A DNA stretch of 64,000 nucleotides from Acidobacteriota bacterium (GTDB taxonomy: Bacteria > Acidobacteriota > UBA6911), in the NCBI GenBank assembly GCA_963664705.1, contig OY761556.1:1984001-2048000 (forward strand), read 5' to 3'. The notes beneath the pieces are model-generated. The model had not been told where the DNA came from. It ran no database searches and saw only the letters and a program-made list of their open reading frames with translations. Shown here piece after piece: positions 8,987-18,835 of this stretch. Made by a program: the position numbers and the translations under genes. The stretch's first letter is position 1. Each line of letters starts with the position of its first letter.

Positions 8987-9775
8987 ATGATTACGCAAAT
9001 ACTCCCCTACATGCGTTGCCCAGGCTGCTTTTCGCCGGAATTGCGCCCTGTCTCCGAGGCAATTGAATGTCCCAACTGCGGGGTTCATTTCCCGATCAAA
9101 AACGACATTCTGGACTTGCTAGGCAGCAAATCGGATGAAGTGATCACGCCATTTCAACGCCTGATGCAGACACCGCTCATTGTCTCTATCTACGAAAAGC
9201 ACTGGCGCAAAGTGGGCTACTTTCTGGCCAGTTCCAGATCGTTTACACGGGAAATGGAAACGGTTCTACATTTCGGAAAGAAGGTCTCGCCCGATCGAGC
9301 TATCGATCTGGCCTGTGGTCCCGGCGTCTTTACGCGTCCTCTCGCACAAATCACCAAAGGCCCGGTCGTTGGGATCGATCTCTCGTGGCCAATGCTGAAC
9401 CACGCGCAAAAAGTATTGCGGAAAGAAGGGCAGGGTGACGTTCACTTTGTGAGAGCCAGCGCATTCAGCCTTCCCTTCGTGGATAACGCATTGCCTTTCG
9501 TCAATTGCTGCGGCGCTTTGCATCTTTTTGACAGGCCGTCCGATGCCCTGGCTGAAATCGCGAGAGTTCTGAAACCCGGCGGTCACCTTTGCGTTCAGAC
9601 CACCATCCGCCCTAATCGATCGGCCGGATTTGCCTTTTTTCTCGAGCGCTTTATCCGTTTTGGTTTCTTTGATGAAATCGAACTTAGAGAAAAACTCCAG
9701 GCCCATGGATTTCACATTCTGGAAAGTGAGCGACATCGCATCAGCTTCACCTTCCTGGCGTCCCTGAGCAAGTAG
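8987..9775 (+). CDS. Class I SAM-dependent methyltransferase with N-terminal Trm112-like zinc ribbon
   Basis: CPGC...CPNC N-terminus; DLACGPG, GIDLSWPML and ARVLKPGG. Confidence 0.85.
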   Translation: MITQILPYMRCPGCFSPELRPVSEAIECPNCGVHFPIKNDILDLLGSKSDEVITPFQRLMQTPLIVSIYEKHWRKVGYFLASSRSFTREMETVLHFGKKVSPDRAIDLACGPGVFTRPLAQITKGPVVGIDLSWPMLNHAQKVLRKEGQGDVHFVRASAFSLPFVDNALPFVNCCGALHLFDRPSDALAEIARVLKPGGHLCVQTTIRPNRSAGFAFFLERFIRFGFFDEIELREKLQAHGFHILESERHRISFTFLASLSK

Positions 9776-10022
9776 CCGGAATTATTTCGCGATAATTATC
9801 TGATTTAACAAGAGATATTTTATTCGGCACGACTGCGCGCCTCGGAAGGGAACGCGAAACCCACCTGAAAAGCCCGCCTGTCGGGATGGTCAGGCTCCGG
9901 GATCGGATTGCCTTCCATTTTCCGGGAAAAACCATGATCGCATCTTGGCAAATCTTTGTTGAAGATCATTTGCAAAGTAATGATATGATAGAGAGCCGTG
10001 CATAGATGGAGGAGCGAAGAAA

Positions 10023-10991
10023 ATGTCACTGAGAAAATTGAAGGAAGAAACCGAACTCTTTTATAGTTACTTGCGACAGAACGGACTCAAGAAGACCTAT
10101 CAGAAAGATCTGATCCTGGAAACATTTTTAAATACGGAAGGTCATCTCAGTGTTGAAGATATCTATGCTCTGGTAAAGAAAAAGGATAAGAAAGTCGGTG
10201 TCGTAACTGTCTTTCGCACCCTCAAATCGCTCACAGCCTGCGGTATTGCACGGGAAATAACACTTGGAGACGGCTTAACCCGGTTCGAACACAGCTACCA
10301 CCATCCGCATCACCATCACATCGTTTGCACCGAATGTCACCGTGCAATTGAATTCGTCTGCCCCGAACTGGAAAGAATTCAGGACGAGATCATTCAGCGC
10401 TATCATTTCCAACCGATTCACCACCGATTTCAAACCTATGGCATTTGCGAAGACTGCAGGGAACACAGGCCAATTGCTGAAACGCAAAAACACGATACCG
10501 AGCGAATCTTCGCCCGTGATGCCGTAAAAATGGCCCTCAGCATGGAACAGCGCTGCCTTGACTTTTATCGCGATGCGGCGCGGCGCAATCAGGATGATGG
10601 CGGCCGTGATGTGTTTGAGCGGATGGCGCAAGAAGAAGAACGACATATTGCCGAACTGAATGCTAAACTTGAAGAGATTGTCCGGCAGGAAAAGGATCTT
10701 GAACACGCTTCGATATTCTTGCACTTTGATCCGTGTGAATTGGAAGCACTGATTCCGGATCTGAAAAAATTCGAAAATACCGGCGAATTCCGTCTGGATA
10801 CCAAGACGGCAACAGAGCTTGCGCTTTCACTGAATAGCAGCCTGGCCGATTTCTTCAGGAAGTTTGCCGACAGATTTGCGGAAACGCAAGGGAAGCAGGT
10901 ACTGATCAGTTTTGTCAATCAGGAGAATGAACACAATGATCTCCTGCGGCAGCGTATGGAAGGGATGCTGAGCGTGGCAAACGCCGGATAA
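10023..10991 (+). CDS. Fur-family transcriptional regulator fused to a ferritin-like (rubrerythrin) domain
   Basis: HLSVEDIY, TVFRTL, HHPHHHHIVCTEC and GICEDC (Fur); ALSMEQ...FY, EEERH and ENEH (ferritin-like). Confidence 0.85.
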   Translation: MSLRKLKEETELFYSYLRQNGLKKTYQKDLILETFLNTEGHLSVEDIYALVKKKDKKVGVVTVFRTLKSLTACGIAREITLGDGLTRFEHSYHHPHHHHIVCTECHRAIEFVCPELERIQDEIIQRYHFQPIHHRFQTYGICEDCREHRPIAETQKHDTERIFARDAVKMALSMEQRCLDFYRDAARRNQDDGGRDVFERMAQEEERHIAELNAKLEEIVRQEKDLEHASIFLHFDPCELEALIPDLKKFENTGEFRLDTKTATELALSLNSSLADFFRKFADRFAETQGKQVLISFVNQENEHNDLLRQRMEGMLSVANAG

Positions 10992-11085
10992 CCTTCACGC
11001 GTGTGAGGGAATCGCTGGAGAGATCCAGCCATGCGGCGCCGGTGCCCGTCCAGTTTATGCAAATAATCCGCTCGAAGGTTAGCGT

Positions 11086-11577
11086 ATGATCCAAAAGCCT
11101 CTGAACAGGATTGAACGAATTTACCTGATTGAGGTAATTCGCGGGCTCATGTTGACAGCTCGTCACTTTTTTATCAATTTCCCGCGGCATGTAGTGCGCG
11201 GCGTCGGGATTAAGATAGGCAAAGGGGAAACCGTTACCATCGAATATCCCGAGGAACGAAGGCCGTTTGCCAGAAGACTCCGCACGCGCCATCGACTGAC
11301 CAAACGGGACGACGGATCCCCGCGCTGCGTCGCCTGCATGATGTGCGAGACAATCTGCCCCGCGCAGTGCATTCACATAATCGCCAAAGAAAATCCTGAT
11401 CCCGATATCGAAAAGATGCCCCGTACCTTTGACATTGATATCGGAGTCTGCGTTTTCTGCGGATTTTGTGTAGAGGCGTGCCCGGAAGATGCCATCCGAA
11501 TGGATACGGGAATCGTCGAAATGGCTTCCTACACGCGGGAAGGCATGATCTTTCGAATGGATCAGCTGCTTCAGTAA
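11086..11577 (+). CDS. nuoI: NADH-quinone oxidoreductase subunit I (copy 1)
   Basis: TIEYPEE, CVACMMCETICP and CVFCGFCVEACP (two 4Fe-4S motifs). Confidence 0.92.
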   Translation: MIQKPLNRIERIYLIEVIRGLMLTARHFFINFPRHVVRGVGIKIGKGETVTIEYPEERRPFARRLRTRHRLTKRDDGSPRCVACMMCETICPAQCIHIIAKENPDPDIEKMPRTFDIDIGVCVFCGFCVEACPEDAIRMDTGIVEMASYTREGMIFRMDQLLQ

Positions 11578-11824
11578 AAAGAAGACGGGAGTCCGGCGAC
11601 GACTGTTTCCTGATTCCTGCCTCCTTCTTGACTGCACCAGTCTTGAGTTGTACTATTAAAACTTTGTAATTGCTCAATTTATAGCTGCTTAGACCGGGTA
11701 CATATTTTCAGGGGATAATCTCGGATCCCGGATTTGCATGACTCGGTGCTTTGCTCCCGCAAGCACGAAGATCCCCGTTCCGAAATCGTCTGCTGAATAT
11801 AAAAGCTTCCCAGAAGAGGTGACC

Positions 11825-13231
11825 TTGAGCGCAGAGTCCGTTCTCTATGACGTCGCAGTGATTGGCAGTGGTCCAGGGGGCTATGTGGCCGCCATTAAGG
11901 GCAGCCAGTTAGGCCTTCAGGTCGCTCTTATAGAAAAATATTCGAAATTCGGCGGCACGTGCCTGCATTGGGGATGCATCCCGACAAAAGCCTTTTTGCT
12001 GAATGCAGATATCTATGACAAGGCCCTGCACGGAAAAGAATTCGGGATTCTATACTCAGACATTAATCTCGACTTTCGGCTGGTAAAAGCCCGCAAGGAC
12101 AAGCTGGTCAAGAAGCTCTCGATGGGCACCGATTTCCTGATGAAAAAGAACAGAATTACCACCTTCCGAGGCAAAGGAAGGCTGACGGCAATCGGCACGG
12201 TGCAGGTCGAAGGGGAAACCGTGGAAGAGGTGCGGGCAAAAAATACCATTGTGGCTACCGGATCCGAGGCCAAGCTGCTGCCGGGATTGGAACTGGACGG
12301 GCAGTACATTCTGACCAACAAAGAAATTCTCGATCTGGAAAGTGTGCCCAAATCCCTGCTGGTGATTGGTGCGGGAGCGGTGGGAGTTGAATTTGCCTCC
12401 ATCTTTTCGCGCTTCGGCAGCGATGTGACGATCGTGGAAATGTTGCCCAGGGTGCTGCCGCTTGAAGATCAGGAAATTTCCGAGGAAGTTGGCCGCATAT
12501 TAAGCAGGAAGAAAATCAAGCTGCACCTGGGCGCGCGCCTTGAAGATATCAAGGTTCAGGATGGAGCCGTTCATGCACAAATCACAGTCCCGGGCGGGGA
12601 AGCCAGGACGATTATTGCGGAAAAAGCGTTGATCGCAGTTGGACGCCGGCCTGTCAGCGAGGAAATCGGACTGGAAAAGCTGCGCATTGAAACATCCCGT
12701 GGGTTTATTCCCGTAGATAAGAACATGCAGACCAATGTGCCTGGTGTTTTCGCGATTGGAGATGTTATCCCCACCCAGGCTTTGGCTCACCTGGCATCCC
12801 ACGAAGGCGTTCATGCCATGGAGTATATTGCAAACCGGAATCCAATCCCTCTCAACTACGAACTGGTTCCCAATTGCACTTTCTGTCAGCCGGAGGTTGC
12901 CAGCATCGGGTTATCGGAAGCAGCGGCTCGCGAACGAGGGTTCGATGTCGTCACGGCCAAATTCCCCTTTGCAGCCATTGGGAAAGCCACCATCCTTGGC
13001 GAAAACGACGGGTTCGTGAAGCTGGTAAGCGAAAAGAAATATAAACAGATTCTGGGTGTTCATATGATTGGGCCGCATGTAACGGAGATCATCTCGGAAG
13101 GCGCGGCACTGATCGGTCTCGAGGCAACCGCGGCAGATCTGTCTCATTTGATTCATCCGCACCCCACGGTGTCGGAGGGGATCATGGAAGCGGCTCATGC
13201 CCTGTATAGCGGCTCCGCCATCCATATCTAG
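11825..13231 (+). CDS. lpdA: Dihydrolipoyl dehydrogenase (E3)
   Basis: GSGPGG, GGTCLHWGCIP, GAGAVG and HPHPTVSE; likely TTG start at 11825 after GAGGT (GTG 11819 is an alternative). Confidence 0.95.
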   Translation: MSAESVLYDVAVIGSGPGGYVAAIKGSQLGLQVALIEKYSKFGGTCLHWGCIPTKAFLLNADIYDKALHGKEFGILYSDINLDFRLVKARKDKLVKKLSMGTDFLMKKNRITTFRGKGRLTAIGTVQVEGETVEEVRAKNTIVATGSEAKLLPGLELDGQYILTNKEILDLESVPKSLLVIGAGAVGVEFASIFSRFGSDVTIVEMLPRVLPLEDQEISEEVGRILSRKKIKLHLGARLEDIKVQDGAVHAQITVPGGEARTIIAEKALIAVGRRPVSEEIGLEKLRIETSRGFIPVDKNMQTNVPGVFAIGDVIPTQALAHLASHEGVHAMEYIANRNPIPLNYELVPNCTFCQPEVASIGLSEAAARERGFDVVTAKFPFAAIGKATILGENDGFVKLVSEKKYKQILGVHMIGPHVTEIISEGAALIGLEATAADLSHLIHPHPTVSEGIMEAAHALYSGSAIHI

Positions 13232-13237
13232 ACAGCC

Positions 13238-13984
13238 GTGAGTGATCATAAAATCTGCATTGCCGTGTGGTGTGGCCAGCTTCCATATGCTGAAGCGCTG
13301 GAATTGCAGATGCAGATCTGTGCGCTAAAAAAAGCCGGCTATGAAAGGGATGTTCTGCTTCTTCTGGAACACCCCCCTGTGATTACGCTTGGGCGAAATG
13401 CCAAGGGCGATCACCTGCTTGTCAGCGAAACCCTATTGAAAGCCAGGAATGTGGAGCTTTGGAATGTAGACCGCGGAGGCGATATTACCTTTCATGGCCC
13501 GGGGCAACTGGTCGGGTATCCGATTCTGTCCCTCGGAACCGGGGAAAAGGATGTCCACCGCTACATGAGGAATCTTGAAGAAAGTCTGATCCGAATGCTC
13601 TCAGATTACGATATTAAAGGTGTACGCGATTCACGGTTTACCGGCGTATGGACCGATAGCGGAAAGATCGCGGCCATGGGTGTTCACATCAGCCGGTGGA
13701 TTACGCGCCATGGTTTTGCATTGAATGTTCAGACAGACCTTTCCTATTACGATCTGATTGTACCCTGCGGGATTGTGGGAAAGAGCGTGACCTCAATGCA
13801 AAAACTCCTCGCACGCTCCCTGGACATCGTGGAAATCGCGGAGCGTTACGTCGTGGAATTCGGTCAGGTTTTTGAAAGAAGTATGTTGCGCATGAGCCTC
13901 TCGGAATTGAGAGAGGAACTCCAAGGCCGGCAGGGAAGTACAAAGGACCAGTACGCACATGCCAGCGCAGATTCCACGGGCTAG
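13238..13984 (+). CDS. lipB: Octanoyl/lipoyl transferase LipB
   Basis: LEHPPVITLG, RGGDITFHGPGQLVGY, KIAAMG, HGFALN and IVPCG. Confidence 0.95.
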   Translation: MSDHKICIAVWCGQLPYAEALELQMQICALKKAGYERDVLLLLEHPPVITLGRNAKGDHLLVSETLLKARNVELWNVDRGGDITFHGPGQLVGYPILSLGTGEKDVHRYMRNLEESLIRMLSDYDIKGVRDSRFTGVWTDSGKIAAMGVHISRWITRHGFALNVQTDLSYYDLIVPCGIVGKSVTSMQKLLARSLDIVEIAERYVVEFGQVFERSMLRMSLSELREELQGRQGSTKDQYAHASADSTG

Positions 13985-14069
13985 ATCGCGGAATTCGGGT
14001 CCTGCTGAAGGGCGGAAAAGCCGAGCATTGCATCAGACGGAGCAACACTGAATCGGAGGGACAATTGCC

Positions 14070-15449
14070 ATGGCAACCAAAGTGACGATGCCGCAGATGG
14101 GCGAATCCATTTTTGAAGGCACCATAACCAAATGGCTGAAGAAAGTTGGAGATACTGTTGCTCGAGACGAACCTCTGTTCGAAATCTCCACCGACAAGGT
14201 GGATTCGGAGATTCCGTCGCCCGCATCAGGGACTTTAAGCCAGATCTTGGTTCCGGAGGGCAGCACCGTTCAAATCAATACCGTCCTGGCAATAATCAAT
14301 GGCGAAGGAATTGCCGAGGCACCGGAAGCGATGACAAAGCCGCGCGATCTCGCGCCGCAGGAGATTCCGGAAGAAGCTCCGGCAAAGGCACCCGAACCCA
14401 GCGCTCCGCCGGTTGTTGAGCCCGAGAAGCCTCCGCTTCCGAAAGCCGCTGCACCTCAGCCGCCCAAACCGATCGAAGCGCTGCCGGGAATCCGAGCCCA
14501 GGATATTCGGACTTCGCCACTGGTGCGCCGGCTTGCGCGTGAAAACAACATCGACCTTTCGCAGGTGCGCGGCACTGGAATGGAGGGGCGCATCACAAAG
14601 GACGATGTCCTGAACTACCTGACGCAGCGCTCGGCCGCTCCTGCAGCCGAACCGCCCCAGGCCCGGCCACAACCGGCAGAACCTCCGGTTGCTGCGCCAG
14701 TAGTCTTCGAAAAGCCGGCGGAACCGGTACGACCTCCGTCAGAAACTCCCTTTGTCGGAGAGAGCGAAGTTGTTCCCATGAGCCCCATGCGCAGAGCCAT
14801 TGCAGAGCATATGGTTCTCAGCAAGCGAACCTCCGCTCACGTAAATACGGTGTTCGAGGTCGATGTAACACCGCTCGTGCGTCTGCGCGAGGCCCACAAA
14901 TCCGAATTTGAAAAGCGCGAGGGAATCCCTCTGACATTTACACCCTTCTTTGCCAAAGCTCTGGTCGACAATGTTCGGGAATTCCCTGTTTTCAATACCT
15001 CCGTGTCGGGCGATAGCATTGTCTACAAAAAATCGGTCAATCTCGGGGTTGCGGTCGCACTCGAAGCCGGCCTGCTGGTCCCGGTAGTCAAAGAAGCTCA
15101 CCTGAAAAACTTCACGGGCCTGGCCCTTGCTATCCACGATCTGGCGGATCGGGCACGTACCAAGAGACTGAAACCGGATGAGGTACAAAACGGGACCATC
15201 AGCATGACCAACCCGGGAAGCTACGGCTCTCTTTTCAACACGCCCATTATCAGCCAGCCGCAGGTTGCCATTCTTGGAATCGGGGGAATAGAAAAACGTC
15301 CGGTAGTTATTCAGGACGCCATCGCCATTCGTTCCATGGTCATTCTATCTCTTACCTTCGATCATCGCGTTATTGACGGAGCGGTAGCGGACCAATTCAT
15401 GGCCAAACTGAAACAGCGGTTGCAGGCTTGGGCTGAGTGGACGGAATAG
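14070..15449 (+). CDS. sucB: 2-oxoacid dehydrogenase E2 (dihydrolipoamide acyltransferase, SucB/DlaT type, one lipoyl domain)
   Basis: STDKVDSE lipoyl-Lys, SPLVRRLARE...GTGMEGRITK binding domain, DHRVIDG catalytic motif and Pro/Ala linkers. Confidence 0.88.
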   Translation: MATKVTMPQMGESIFEGTITKWLKKVGDTVARDEPLFEISTDKVDSEIPSPASGTLSQILVPEGSTVQINTVLAIINGEGIAEAPEAMTKPRDLAPQEIPEEAPAKAPEPSAPPVVEPEKPPLPKAAAPQPPKPIEALPGIRAQDIRTSPLVRRLARENNIDLSQVRGTGMEGRITKDDVLNYLTQRSAAPAAEPPQARPQPAEPPVAAPVVFEKPAEPVRPPSETPFVGESEVVPMSPMRRAIAEHMVLSKRTSAHVNTVFEVDVTPLVRLREAHKSEFEKREGIPLTFTPFFAKALVDNVREFPVFNTSVSGDSIVYKKSVNLGVAVALEAGLLVPVVKEAHLKNFTGLALAIHDLADRARTKRLKPDEVQNGTISMTNPGSYGSLFNTPIISQPQVAILGIGGIEKRPVVIQDAIAIRSMVILSLTFDHRVIDGAVADQFMAKLKQRLQAWAEWTE

Positions 15450-15462
15450 GCCGGAGCAGGAG

Positions 15463-16071
15463 ATGAAGCTGCGAATCGTCGCGCTGCGCCTGTCGATCGC
15501 GTTGCTGTATGTGCTGGGCGCATGCCACGCATTTTCCAGCCCGGCCGCGGATATCGGATCAAAAATTGCAAATTTTCAGCTCACGGATAATTCCGGCGAG
15601 TCCTGGTCGCTGCGAAACTATGCGGGAAAGACCGTGGTGCTTGTTTTTTGGTCCTGCAAATGTCCTATTTCTCTTTCCTACGATAGCCGCGTGGAAGAAC
15701 TCCGAACCCGCTATGCAGCCCAGGGGATCGTTGTAGCCGGAGTCGCTTCCAATACCAACGAGACCCCCGAGGAAATCCGAGCCAACCTCGCCAACAGGAA
15801 AATGCTTCTTCCCGTTCTCCTGGATTCCGAAGGAAACCTTGCGGAAAAATTGGGGGCAACCCACACACCCAGCGTCTTCGTTATTGATGGAAATGAAATA
15901 TTGCGATACAAAGGCGCCTTCGACAACAACAAAAAGCCCGGGGAATCCGGGCGGATTGCCTACGTCGAGGAAGCGCTGAATGCTATTCTGGCTGGTCAGG
16001 AAATTCGGCTGAAGGAAACGGGCTCCTTCGGTTGTGGCATCAAGCAGGGAAGAGCCGCCTCAGGGCGATAG
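15463..16071 (+). CDS. Exported thioredoxin-fold (AhpC/TSA, redoxin) protein
   Basis: Signal peptide; FWSCKCP, GATHTP, LRYKGAFD and C-terminal GCGIK. Confidence 0.82.
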   Translation: MKLRIVALRLSIALLYVLGACHAFSSPAADIGSKIANFQLTDNSGESWSLRNYAGKTVVLVFWSCKCPISLSYDSRVEELRTRYAAQGIVVAGVASNTNETPEEIRANLANRKMLLPVLLDSEGNLAEKLGATHTPSVFVIDGNEILRYKGAFDNNKKPGESGRIAYVEEALNAILAGQEIRLKETGSFGCGIKQGRAASGR

Positions 16072-16082
16072 TAGTGCTCTTC

Positions 16083-18077
16083 TCACTCGGCCGGCAGACA
16101 GTTCGCCAGCATCTCCGCAATATCCATAACCTGGACGGATTCATCTGCATTTTTAGCCTTCAAGCCATCGCTCAGCATAGTCATGCAAAATGGGCATTCG
16201 GTGGCGACAGCCTTCGGACCAAGACTCAGTGCTTCTTCCGTCCTCTCGACATTGATTCTTTTGCCGGTGGACTCCTCCATAAACATCCTTGCTCCACCGG
16301 CACCGCAGCATAACCCTCTGCTCCGGGACCGTTTCATGTCAGAGAAATCCACACCGGTGCGCTTGACCAATGTTCTTGGCAGGTCATAGATACCGTTGTA
16401 GCGCCCGATATAGCAGGAATCATGGAATGTAACACGCCCTGTCTGACGGGCCTCGATTTCGAGTCTTCCCGACTTCACCAGCTGCTCCAGGAATTCCGTG
16501 TGATGAAAAACCTGATACCTGCCGCCGAACTGTGGATAATCATTTTTCAGCGCATTGAAGCAGTGGGGACAGCTGGTCATTATTTTTTTGACTTTGTAGC
16601 GGGACAGAGTCTCGAGATTTTCGGAAATCAGCATCTGGGCCAGGTATTCGTTTCCGCTTCGGCGGGCCGGATCCCCATTGCATTTTTCCTCCTTTCCAAG
16701 TACGGCAAAAGAAACACCGGCGGCATTCAGGAGCTTTATCATTGCCCTGGATACCTTCTGGTACCTGGCATCAAATGCACCTGCACAACCTACCCAGAAA
16801 AGCAGATCTACGTCGCCATTGACCTCAGCCATTGTCCGGACATCGAGATCTTTTGCCCAGTCCATTCTGGCATCCGGACTGATTCCCCAGGGATTGAAGG
16901 CTGTTTCCAGACCTTTGTACGCCTGTGTCAATTCCTTGGGAAATCTGGATTCGCTCAGCACCAGATACCTGCGCATTTCCATAATCACCGGAATATGCTC
17001 GATGGCTACCGGGCATTCCTGCATGCAGGCTCGGCAGGTTGTGCAATCCCACAGCTCCTGCTCCTGGATGTAGGAGTCGAGCAATTTGTGTTTCGCAATG
17101 CCAGGCTTTTGCGGAAGCGTTTGAGCAATTAGCAGCGGCGCCAACTCGCCGGTTCTCTCCCGCACGTTCATGATGATCTTGCGGGGGCTGAGCGCTTTTC
17201 CGGTGATGCTTGCAGGACATGCAGCCGTGCACCTGCCGCAATCCGTACAGGTAAAGCCGTCGAGCAGTTGCTTCCAGGTCAGATCGCCGACATCCGACAC
17301 GCCATAGCTTTCGACGCTCTCATCCTCCAGATTCAATGCCTTCAACTCGCCGTAAGGTCTCAACGATGAAAAAAAGACATTCGGGATACTGGTCAGAACA
17401 TGCAGATGCTTCGAATAGGGAAGATAATTGAGAAAGCCCAGGATAAGCAGGATATGAGTCCACCAGGAAAGCCCCGCCCAGATGGCCAGATGCGAACCTG
17501 CAAAAACCGGCAGGATCAGGCAGGAGACGAAACGAGCGGCGTAAATTTCCTTGGACGCGAGCATCTGCGTGGCATTGGTGCAGAACATCGATCCCATGAT
17601 CATCAGGATAAGGCAGAGAATGAGCGTGGCATCCAGGCGAATATGTCCTGTGATTTCACGCCCATAGAAACGTCTGGGAGGATGCAGGTACCATCGCCCC
17701 AGCGCAAAGATACAGGAGAGGATAACCAGGGCCCCGATGATTTCCTGGGCAACAGCAATACCGGGAAAGAGAAACCCGACGCTTCTTTTTAGGGAAAAGG
17801 AGGGAAAAATCCCCTGCACGACGGCCTCAAAGACTGCAGACAGGAGAATGACAAATCCCCAAAAGATAAAAAAATGCATCAACCCCGCAACCGGATCGCG
17901 CAGCAGCTTGGACTGGGCAAATGCGATAACCAGAATATTTTTAAGCCGCCGGATGGGATGATCCAGACGAGGTTCCGCTCTTCCGATCCTGATTTCCCGG
18001 ATCAATCGATAGCAGCTGCGGGCAAAGCATCCAAAGGCGACAAGAAGAAGAATCGCGAATACCACGGTTCGTATCAT
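16083..18077 (-). CDS. Membrane-bound Fe-S oxidoreductase, FadF/HdrD-like (TM domain + two 4Fe-4S motifs + two CCG domains)
   Basis: N-terminal TM helices with His; CTDCGRCTAACP, CTTCRACMQECP; EKCNGD...SCPHC and HDSCY...CCGAGG...ECPFC. Confidence 0.9.
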   Translation of the reverse strand: MIRTVVFAILLLVAFGCFARSCYRLIREIRIGRAEPRLDHPIRRLKNILVIAFAQSKLLRDPVAGLMHFFIFWGFVILLSAVFEAVVQGIFPSFSLKRSVGFLFPGIAVAQEIIGALVILSCIFALGRWYLHPPRRFYGREITGHIRLDATLILCLILMIMGSMFCTNATQMLASKEIYAARFVSCLILPVFAGSHLAIWAGLSWWTHILLILGFLNYLPYSKHLHVLTSIPNVFFSSLRPYGELKALNLEDESVESYGVSDVGDLTWKQLLDGFTCTDCGRCTAACPASITGKALSPRKIIMNVRERTGELAPLLIAQTLPQKPGIAKHKLLDSYIQEQELWDCTTCRACMQECPVAIEHIPVIMEMRRYLVLSESRFPKELTQAYKGLETAFNPWGISPDARMDWAKDLDVRTMAEVNGDVDLLFWVGCAGAFDARYQKVSRAMIKLLNAAGVSFAVLGKEEKCNGDPARRSGNEYLAQMLISENLETLSRYKVKKIMTSCPHCFNALKNDYPQFGGRYQVFHHTEFLEQLVKSGRLEIEARQTGRVTFHDSCYIGRYNGIYDLPRTLVKRTGVDFSDMKRSRSRGLCCGAGGARMFMEESTGKRINVERTEEALSLGPKAVATECPFCMTMLSDGLKAKNADESVQVMDIAEMLANCLPAE

Positions 18078-18275
18078 GGGCGAAAAACCGACAATATCTG
18101 CAGAATAACCGATGATGGATTATTCATACAAGGTGGTTTCTATCAAACCGGACTTGCGTTACAATATTCACGAGGAAGCCGCCCGGCTCCCTAACATCGA
18201 GTGTTCAAAACGGTTAGCATGGTTCATTAGAAGTTGGCAATAGTGTCTAGTATTTGGACACACTGTCTTTTGTAC

Positions 18276-18303
18276 TTGATTTGTTTTGTTGCATTTATAT
18301 AAT
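18276..18303 (+). promoter_or_regulatory. Putative sigma70 promoter of the nuoA-N operon
   Basis: TTGATT-16 nt-TATAAT in an AT-rich intergenic stretch. Confidence 0.5.
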
Positions 18304-18436
18304 TTGCGTTTGATCTCCACTGACCATCGATTTCTATCAGTCTTCAAACGCTGCCATTTTGCAGATTGAGTGATGGCGCGGCGAAAAACAACTGAGGAAG
18401 GAATGGGTCTGTCCTCGGTTCACAGGGAGTGGGTCT

Positions 18437-18826
18437 ATGCTGTTCAGTTTCGGTACGGTTCTTCTCTTTTTTGTCGTAGGTTTTATCTTCCTTGTTTTCA
18501 CGCTCTTTCTGTCACGCCTGATACAGGCTAAAGGCGTGCCTGGCGTCGACAAGTACATTCCCTACGAATGCGGGGAGGTTCCGGAAGGTTCTGCCTGGAT
18601 ACGCTTTAACATACGGTTTTATGTGTTTGCCCTGGTGTTCATCATTTTTGATGTGGAAATAGTATTTTTGCTCCCCTGGGCCGTTGTCTTCAAGAAGCTT
18701 GGTTCTTTTGCCTTTCTTGAAGGTCTTGTATTCATAGTCATACTCGCGGTCGGGCTGGCCTACGTTTGGAAAAAGGGCGACCTGGAATGGGTGAAGCCGG
18801 ACGATTTGGACGCTATGAAGGAATAG
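18437..18826 (+). CDS. nuoA: NADH-quinone oxidoreductase subunit A
   Basis: PYECGE, FIIFDVE and WKKGDLEW. Confidence 0.95.
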   Translation: MLFSFGTVLLFFVVGFIFLVFTLFLSRLIQAKGVPGVDKYIPYECGEVPEGSAWIRFNIRFYVFALVFIIFDVEIVFLLPWAVVFKKLGSFAFLEGLVFIVILAVGLAYVWKKGDLEWVKPDDLDAMKE

Positions 18827-18835
18827 GGAAAACAA

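Noticed and set aside
18310-18436. Riboswitch in the nuoA leader
   Set aside because: Only short imperfect hairpins; no conserved aptamer motif recognised.
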